A stretch of 64,000 bases of DNA from assembly GCA_963736855.1 (NCBI GenBank), contig CAVTQK010000019.1:1-64000 (forward strand). Direction: 5' to 3'. This document shows, piece by piece, positions 58,170 through 64,000 of this stretch. Positions within the stretch are counted from its first letter, which is position 1. Each line of letters begins with the position of its first letter. The notes under the pieces are model-generated. The model was not told where the DNA came from, searched no databases, and was given only the letters and a program-made list of their open reading frames with translations. This stretch comes from an uncultured delta proteobacterium (GTDB lineage Bacteria > Desulfobacterota > Desulfobacteria > Desulfobacterales > UBA2156). The translations under genes and the position numbers were made by a program.

Positions 58170-58950
58170 AGTGCATGACCTCCTCCACCTCTTCTGATCC
58201 GAAATAAGCCTCTTTGACCTGCTGGTTGGCCATGACCTCTTCGGGCGTCCCTTCGGTCAGTTTCACCCCAAAGTTGAGGACCATGATCCGGTTAGCCACC
58301 TGAAAAAGTTCTCTCAGCCGGTGCTCGATCATGACGAGGGTGATACCATCCATCTGAAGCCTTTCCATGAGGGGAACCATGCTGGCGATCTCGCTCATGC
58401 TCAGGCCGGAAAAGACCTCGTCGCACAGGATGACCTCCGGCTTCAGCGCCAGACATCGTGCCAGCTCTAAACGTTTTAAATATCCGGTGGGAAGGGTGGA
58501 GGCCATTTTATAGGGAACAAAGGAATCTCTTTCAAAACCGATTTCCTCGAGAATATCGATGCTGACGGTCTTCCGGTCACCCAGTTTGCCTCCCCCCCTC
58601 CAACCCCCGGTCCTCTTGGCGCGGGGAGCAAAAAGCGGAATGACCAGGTTCTTATAGGCAGGCAGGCTGAAATAAGGCCGCATGATCTGAAAGGTGCGGG
58701 TGAGACCCATATCCGCAATCTTGTGGGCCGGCTTATTGCTGATCTTTTTCCCTTTGAACAGTACTTCTCCGGAGGACATGCGGATGAAACCGGTAAGACA
58801 ATTGATGAGGGTGGTTTTCCCGGATCCGTTTGGACCGATAATTCCCAGGACCTCTCCCCGATTCACATGGAAGCTGACCCGGTTCAGGGCCACGATGCCC
58901 CCAAAATGCTTGCTGATGTCGCGTGCCTGAAGGATCGGTTCCTGGCTCAT
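58162..58950 (-). CDS. ABC transporter ATPase (LivG-like)
   Basis: GPNGSGKTT, RTFQ and LELARCLA; start MSQEP. Confidence 0.9.
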   Translation of the reverse strand: MSQEPILQARDISKHFGGIVALNRVSFHVNRGEVLGIIGPNGSGKTTLINCLTGFIRMSSGEVLFKGKKISNKPAHKIADMGLTRTFQIMRPYFSLPAYKNLVIPLFAPRAKRTGGWRGGGKLGDRKTVSIDILEEIGFERDSFVPYKMASTLPTGYLKRLELARCLALKPEVILCDEVFSGLSMSEIASMVPLMERLQMDGITLVMIEHRLRELFQVANRIMVLNFGVKLTEGTPEEVMANQQVKEAYFGSEEVEEVMHYA

Positions 58951-59960
58951 ACCTGCACCCACCTCTGAAACTGGTGATATTTCCTTTCTCCGTAGACCAT
59001 GAGGCCCTCGCTTCGAAATATGATGAACCCGACAAGGATCACGGAGTAAAAGACGATTCTCAATGTGCCAAACTCGCGCAGCAACTCCGAGATGGGCACT
59101 AAAATCAGACAGCCCAGGACCGGCCCCACCAGGGTCCCGCCCCCGCCGATGACTGTGGCCGCAATGGGCAGAATGGAAAAGTCCAGGGCAAACAGGGAAA
59201 TCCCCGCCCACATATAGATGTGTACCAGGCATGCCCCGCCCAGGCAGCCCATGGCCGCACCCAGGAAAACCGCAATCGCCTTGTAATAAGAAATGTTCAT
59301 GCCCGATGCCCTTACGGCCTGATCATTATCCTTTACGGCTCGGAAGACCAGTCCCATATCCGTGTTAACCAGTCTGCGCATCCCAAAAAGAAAAAGCAGG
59401 AGCGTACCGATAACCACATACTGTTCCGCCCAGGGATTGGCAAAACTGTCCACGCCCATGATTCCGTCCGTGCCTCCAAGGATGTCCATAGCCTCGATGA
59501 TCCGTGCCAGAACCAGGGGATACATGAGGGTCACGATGGCGAAATATACGCCCCGGAGAGGGAGGCAGGGTAACAGGAAGAGCGTGCAAATGGCCGCACC
59601 GGCCAGGGTGGCTATGGGAATCGTCAGCAGGGGGGGCAACCCGAAAGAGCTGTTGAGAATCGCAGTCAGATATCCTCCCACCCCGACGAAAAAAGCGCCG
59701 CCCAGGGAAACGAGGCCGACATAGTGGGCCAAAAAATCAAAACTGACGGCCAGAAGGGCATAGATACACACGATGGTGACCACCCTCTGCCAGTACATAC
59801 CGGGCATGACGAGCGGCAGGATCAGCATCCCCACGATCAAAATCAGCCTGGGCAAGGTTAAATAAGACAGTTCACGCCAGGACATGAGGGCATACAGACC
59901 TTCGGCCCGTATCTTGATACCCCGGTCCAGCCTTTCTCTGCGGCTCTGTTCAGAACTCAC
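58947..59960 (-). CDS. ABC transporter permease (LivM-like)
   Basis: GLVSLG, LRGVYFAIVTL and GGGGTLVGP. Confidence 0.88.
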   Translation of the reverse strand: MSSEQSRRERLDRGIKIRAEGLYALMSWRELSYLTLPRLILIVGMLILPLVMPGMYWQRVVTIVCIYALLAVSFDFLAHYVGLVSLGGAFFVGVGGYLTAILNSSFGLPPLLTIPIATLAGAAICTLFLLPCLPLRGVYFAIVTLMYPLVLARIIEAMDILGGTDGIMGVDSFANPWAEQYVVIGTLLLFLFGMRRLVNTDMGLVFRAVKDNDQAVRASGMNISYYKAIAVFLGAAMGCLGGACLVHIYMWAGISLFALDFSILPIAATVIGGGGTLVGPVLGCLILVPISELLREFGTLRIVFYSVILVGFIIFRSEGLMVYGERKYHQFQRWVQV

Positions 59961-59964
59961 GGGA

Positions 59965-60831
59965 CTACACCCTTTCTTCCAGTTGCTTTTGCATGCCAAA
60001 AATCCCGGAGGGTTTCAGGATGAGCGTGAAGATGATGGCCAGGAGCGCCACCACCATTTGATAATGACTCCCCAGATAGACCACGGTCAGCATCTGTGCA
60101 AAACCGATGAGAAAAGAGGCCAGAACCGCGCCCGCCCAGCTCCCCAGACCTCCCACGATACAGACGGCAATTGCCAGGATCAGGACGTTATACCCCGCTT
60201 CCACCACCACGTTGCCCAGGGGAAGAAGCAGTATCCCGGCAAAGCCCGCCAGAATGGCGCCGATGACCATGGCCACCACCGCCATCCGATCCGAATCAAT
60301 CCCCAGCATGAGGGCGGCCCTTTCATCCTGGGCCATCCCCCTGAGTGCCAGGCCGATCCGGGTATAATGGGTAAAAAGATAGAGCCCTGCCACGATAGCC
60401 GCCCCAACCCCCACCATAATTATCCGCTGGTAATCCACAGGTACATCCTGGACGGTAATGCATCCCTCAATAAATACGGGAAGGGTATAGCTCATGCCCT
60501 TGAACCCCCCCCAGCGCAATCCTTCCAGGATGGCAATTCCCACAGCATAGGAGGCGATGATTTCCGATATTGCCATGCCCCGGACCCGAATAAGCACGAA
60601 CTGGTACAACATGGCCCCGATCACTCCAATAATTGCCAACGTAATCAGGATGCTCCACACATAACCGATATGGAGGGTGCGCAGAAAGGTCCAGGTGATA
60701 AACCCGCTCAGGACATAAATGGATCCGTGAGCAAAGTTGGGGATCCGGCTGATGCCATACACCAAAGCAAAACCCAAGGCCATGAGGGCAAGGGCAACAC
60801 TGTTGATAGTGCCATAAATTAAAATGTCCAT
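59965..60831 (-). CDS. ABC transporter permease (LivH-like)
   Basis: ALGFALVYG...NFAHG, GLALRGMAQD and VGGLGS. Confidence 0.9.
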   Translation of the reverse strand: MDILIYGTINSVALALMALGFALVYGISRIPNFAHGSIYVLSGFITWTFLRTLHIGYVWSILITLAIIGVIGAMLYQFVLIRVRGMAISEIIASYAVGIAILEGLRWGGFKGMSYTLPVFIEGCITVQDVPVDYQRIIMVGVGAAIVAGLYLFTHYTRIGLALRGMAQDERAALMLGIDSDRMAVVAMVIGAILAGFAGILLLPLGNVVVEAGYNVLILAIAVCIVGGLGSWAGAVLASFLIGFAQMLTVVYLGSHYQMVVALLAIIFTLILKPSGIFGMQKQLEERV

Positions 60832-60880
60832 GATGGGTTACCAAATCCAGACAGCGACAGTTTTTTCGAAGTTTTCTCTT

Positions 60881-60953
60881 GTAGGTGCGGTTTCAACCGC
60901 ACCTGACCCTATTTGCCGCCCCCAACCGACCGAGCGGAGCGAAGCCGCCCTAC
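60881..60953. repeat. REP-like GTAG hairpin pair
   Basis: GTAG-GTGCGGTT-tc-AACCGCAC and an inverted ...GAAGCCGCC-CTAC, in the gap after the binding-protein gene. Confidence 0.55.
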
Positions 60954-61027
60954 GTGCGCGGTTGACTCGAATGGCCTTGATGGGCAAAGTGCGAGCGGAG
61001 CCCAAAAGGCCTTGAAGGGACGGGAAA

Positions 61028-62299
61028 CTATTTCTTCATCCAGGGCGGCAATTGAATCGTCCCTTGGGCAATAGACTTGGGAAAGACGACGACGCGTTTT
61101 TCCGCCTGCCACTGGAAGATGCTGCCCACGGCCCCCTCTTGGGGATTCAAGCTGGGAATAACCTGATGTCCCTTGGGTGAAAAACGGACCAATCCGTAGG
61201 GCCCCATCATATTCGTTTGCTCCAGGGCGGTCACAACAGCGTCAGCATCAAGGGTCCCGGCCTTTTCAATAGCGTCCTTGAGGACATAGACCGAAGTATA
61301 GCTGCTGGAACAACCGAGCCCCTCCGGCTCAATTTTCCACCGATCCTTATAGGCGTTGTAGAACTTCATAGTCCAGGGAGTGGCATTGCTGGGGGCATTT
61401 CCAGCGTTCACGACATTGGCGAGGCAAAATTCTCCCTTCCCTTCCGTAGCCTTCCAGAAGCCGGGTTGTTCCGCGGCACACAGGGTCGAACCGAAAGGCA
61501 GGGCCGGAACCTTCATGTCATACCATTGTTTCAGCAGGATGGAGCTTTCCGGCATATCCATCCACAGACTCATTACCTGGGATTCCGTCTTTTTAGCCTT
61601 GATAAGACCCATAGAAAAATCTGTTGTCCCGGTTGGATAGATCTCGGTGTCCGTCACGGTCCAGCCGCTCTTTGCTGCCAGTTCCCCTAGTATCTGACCC
61701 GCGGCCCGGGCGTGGGCCACGTCCTGAACCATGATGATGAGCTTATTGAAACCATGTGCCTGTTTGATTTCCTCGAGGCAGGTCAGAACTTCCTTGACCA
61801 GCCACTTGGCCTCACCATGGATGCGGAAGCAGTATTTATATTTATCATACTGCTCTTCCACGAGGGCGTGATATTTGGGCGTGAGCACACCCGTAGTCAG
61901 TATGGAGACCTTCTTGTGCTTGGATAAAAGGGGCATTGCCGCCAAGGCGGCCTCTGAACGGACCGGTCCACCCAGAATGAAGTTGGCCTTCTTTTCCAGG
62001 ATCAGCTTTTCCACGGCCAGAAGGGCTTCACTCACCGGCACCCCCGGCTCCAGATCCCTTGTGTCCAGAACTTCAACCTGGAACGGCCGCATGGTACCAC
62101 CCACCTTGACGCCTCCTTTGGCATTGATCTCTTCCACGGCCAGTCGGATGGCTCTTTCCGCATCCCATCCGTAAAGATAGGCAATAGAAAGGGGACAACC
62201 CAGGATAATGGGGTCGGCGGCCAAAACCACCTTCCCCGGCAGAACCATCAAACTGACTGCCAACAGGACCATCATGAATCTCAACGCTTTTTTCTTCAT
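61028..62299 (-). CDS. ABC transporter substrate-binding protein (Liv-type, probably for organic or aromatic acids)
   Basis: Signal peptide; AVEEINAKGG, GGPVRSEAALA and YKYCFR; in an operon with a CoA ligase. Confidence 0.88.
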   Translation of the reverse strand: MKKKALRFMMVLLAVSLMVLPGKVVLAADPIILGCPLSIAYLYGWDAERAIRLAVEEINAKGGVKVGGTMRPFQVEVLDTRDLEPGVPVSEALLAVEKLILEKKANFILGGPVRSEAALAAMPLLSKHKKVSILTTGVLTPKYHALVEEQYDKYKYCFRIHGEAKWLVKEVLTCLEEIKQAHGFNKLIIMVQDVAHARAAGQILGELAAKSGWTVTDTEIYPTGTTDFSMGLIKAKKTESQVMSLWMDMPESSILLKQWYDMKVPALPFGSTLCAAEQPGFWKATEGKGEFCLANVVNAGNAPSNATPWTMKFYNAYKDRWKIEPEGLGCSSSYTSVYVLKDAIEKAGTLDADAVVTALEQTNMMGPYGLVRFSPKGHQVIPSLNPQEGAVGSIFQWQAEKRVVVFPKSIAQGTIQLPPWMKK

Positions 62300-62410
62300 T
62301 TACTGTCCTCCTTTTTTCGACTCGGGTTTATCATTCGATAAAACACAGGTGCTTTAGGCCATGCTGATCTTTACCTGGGAAGTTGGTCCGGTAGTTGTCT
62401 TTTCTTTACG

Positions 62411-62626
62411 TCAGGACTCACCTCTATGGCAAAATCCATTTAAAAGACCATCTCTTTCACCTGGGGAAGCTTGAGGTTCTTGAATGCCATGTTCTTTGAT
62501 TTTTCTCCTCAGCAACGAAGGAGGAATTTGAAGAAGCTGGGCACTTTTTTCGACGTTCCAGGAAGTCTTATTAAGCACTTTCAGGAGATGCTCCCTCTCT
62601 CTTGCCCTGAGAGTTTCAATTTTCAT
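62411..62626 (-). CDS. Stand-alone Fis-type HTH protein
   Basis: L...EREHLLKVL.KT.WN.EKSAQLLQI....L.RKIKEHGI. Confidence 0.75.
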   Translation of the reverse strand: MKIETLRAREREHLLKVLNKTSWNVEKSAQLLQIPPSLLRRKIKEHGIQEPQASPGERDGLLNGFCHRGES

Positions 62627-62949
62627 TTCCCCTGCTCCTAGCAAGTGGCATAGCCAAAAATCCAGCAAGGATTATGCCGAGATCTCTCTGGGTTGAAAAA
62701 ATTGTATTTGTAAGAAATAACCTTACGAATTCATTTGAAAAGAACCGTGGTAGATTTAATGCGGGCAAACAGAGTAAATCCGATATGTATAGAAAATTTT
62801 TTTCAAGGCCGGAAAACTTCCTTCACTTCTATTTTCAGCCCATGAAAAAATTTCATACCGGCGGATGAATTCCGTATTTGCGAATCTTGGCTCTAAGGGT
62901 AGGAGGAGAAATTCCCAGGATCTTGTCTGTCTTTGTACGATTCATTGAT

Positions 62950-64000
62950 AAATAATTGATAAAAAGTCACTTTTTTTCTTACGGATCAAGCGCGAGGATG
63001 AATTGTGTTTTACCATTGTCTGTACCCCAAGATATGGGAACATACAGTTGTCGTGGCGGATGTATTTTTGATTAACAAAAGGCGGGTGCGCTGTCAAACG
63101 GATTTTCATCGGCAAAAGGCCATTATCTCGGCCGATTGGGGCATAGTCCAACGGAGCAACGCTGACCGGCTTTTCAGGAGTAAGCATCCATGGGATAAAC
63201 CGGGTCAGCGACGTAATCCTCTGTGGAAGGTGCAACGGAGTCATCATATGTTGGTGTCTCAATCAGGGGCGGGGCATGGGCGACGGGTCTTTCTTCTGGA
63301 ACACAGGTCATTCGTTCCTGGGAGAACGATGCCCGGACCTGCCTGCCGCGGCGCTATGCTTTACGGCGCAGGCAGGTGATGTACCGGGCCAGGTTTTCCA
63401 TGGACGTTTTATCCGGGGAGGATTCTTTTGCCGCAATAGGTATTGAATCCGGTATGCCGCCATTGATCCAGAAGGGCGATCATGTCTTGGGTGATTTTGC
63501 CTTTTTCCAGAAGCATCTTGAGCACATGGTGTCGGAAGAGGCGTTCCAGAGTCCGGCAATCGATTCGATGCGCCACGGTGAGCAGGCCGCTTTCGTGGAA
63601 ACAGCCGTCGGAAATCAGGACATGCAGATGGGGATTAAACCCGAGAAAATCGCCGAAGGTTTGAATGGCGACGGCCGCACCGGGAACTGCTGTTGAATCC
63701 CGTGAGGCAAAACTGAAATAGATCCTTCAGACTTTCCCATCCGCAGCGGCTGAGTTCGGATAACAGCTTGCGGTCAAACAGAAAATAGCGCCTGAGGATC
63801 TTGGGGATACTCATCACCAGATGGCGGTGCGGGACGGCTTTGATGACATTGCCGCATAGCCATTCCCCGAACTCCACAACGCGCTTCTGATGACACGAAG
63901 GACAAAAGTGCCGCCTTTTGCAGGAAAATGCCAAAAGATATTCATGACCGCACTCTCCACATCGAACCCGGGCAAACCCGTTATGCAACACTCCGCAGTC
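62950..64000 (-). mobile_element. IS91-family element with degenerate transposase (63174..>64000)
   Basis: Zn-binding CG..HNGFARVRC..C..EYLLAFSCKRRHFCPSC; HUH motif NPHLHVLISDG; LARYI. Carries frameshifts, a 39-bp insertion and an internal deletion. Confidence 0.92.
63338..63376. repeat. 39-bp palindromic insertion
   Basis: CCTGCCTGC-cgcggcgctatgctttacggc-GCAGGCAGG interrupts an ATC codon of the transposase. Confidence 0.8.

Noticed and set aside
62640..62658. Sigma54-like promoter TTGGCTATGCCACTTGCT on the minus strand
   Set aside because: The GG-to-GC spacing is 11 rather than the strict 10. It would be valid only if there is a one-base sequencing insertion.

Overview
The window looks like a Desulfobacterales-type deltaproteobacterial chromosome segment. 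This is inferred from gene content and codon style. Many single-base frameshifts suggest an imperfect assembly or gene decay. In order: (1) the 5' half of a tRNA with an adjacent tyrosine-integrase scar, DUF2239 and a multi-PAS hybrid kinase; (2) an AT-rich, integrase-less cassette array (about 6.0-8.9 kb) encoding a nucleotidyltransferase-like protein, a PD-(D/E)XK nuclease-like protein and an RxxxxH HEPN-like protein, followed by a secreted GPGGPxYx-repeat protein and a broken EEP nuclease; (3) housekeeping genes (TraB/GumN, TPR lipoprotein, nadK, VOC, aldolase/SDR, lsrF, mlaD/mlaE); (4) a 20-kb type II FAS/PKS lipid cluster with 4 active ketosynthases, 2 CLF-like partners, 2 ACPs, 2 B12-radical SAM enzymes, a phytoene-desaturase-like oxidoreductase, GT2, two acyltransferases, MMPL and LolA, resembling aryl-polyene and 'ladderane-like' clusters but with no aryl starter genes; (5) gdhA and a U32 Fe-S protein; (6) a decayed integron (dead IntI, attI, four cassettes: EamA+Ada, higBA, K+ channel, EVE-like/HTH); (7) two branched-chain-type ABC operons, one with an acyl/aryl-CoA ligase and a nitroreductase. 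Regions 6-7 are interleaved with at least four co-oriented IS91-family remnants. Three remnants place their conserved non-coding end directly upstream of a gene or operon, and one ends in an inverted attC-like hairpin joined to the last cassette. The strongest leads are the B12-radical-SAM lipid cluster, the IS91/integron composite, and the cassette-borne candidate defence genes.
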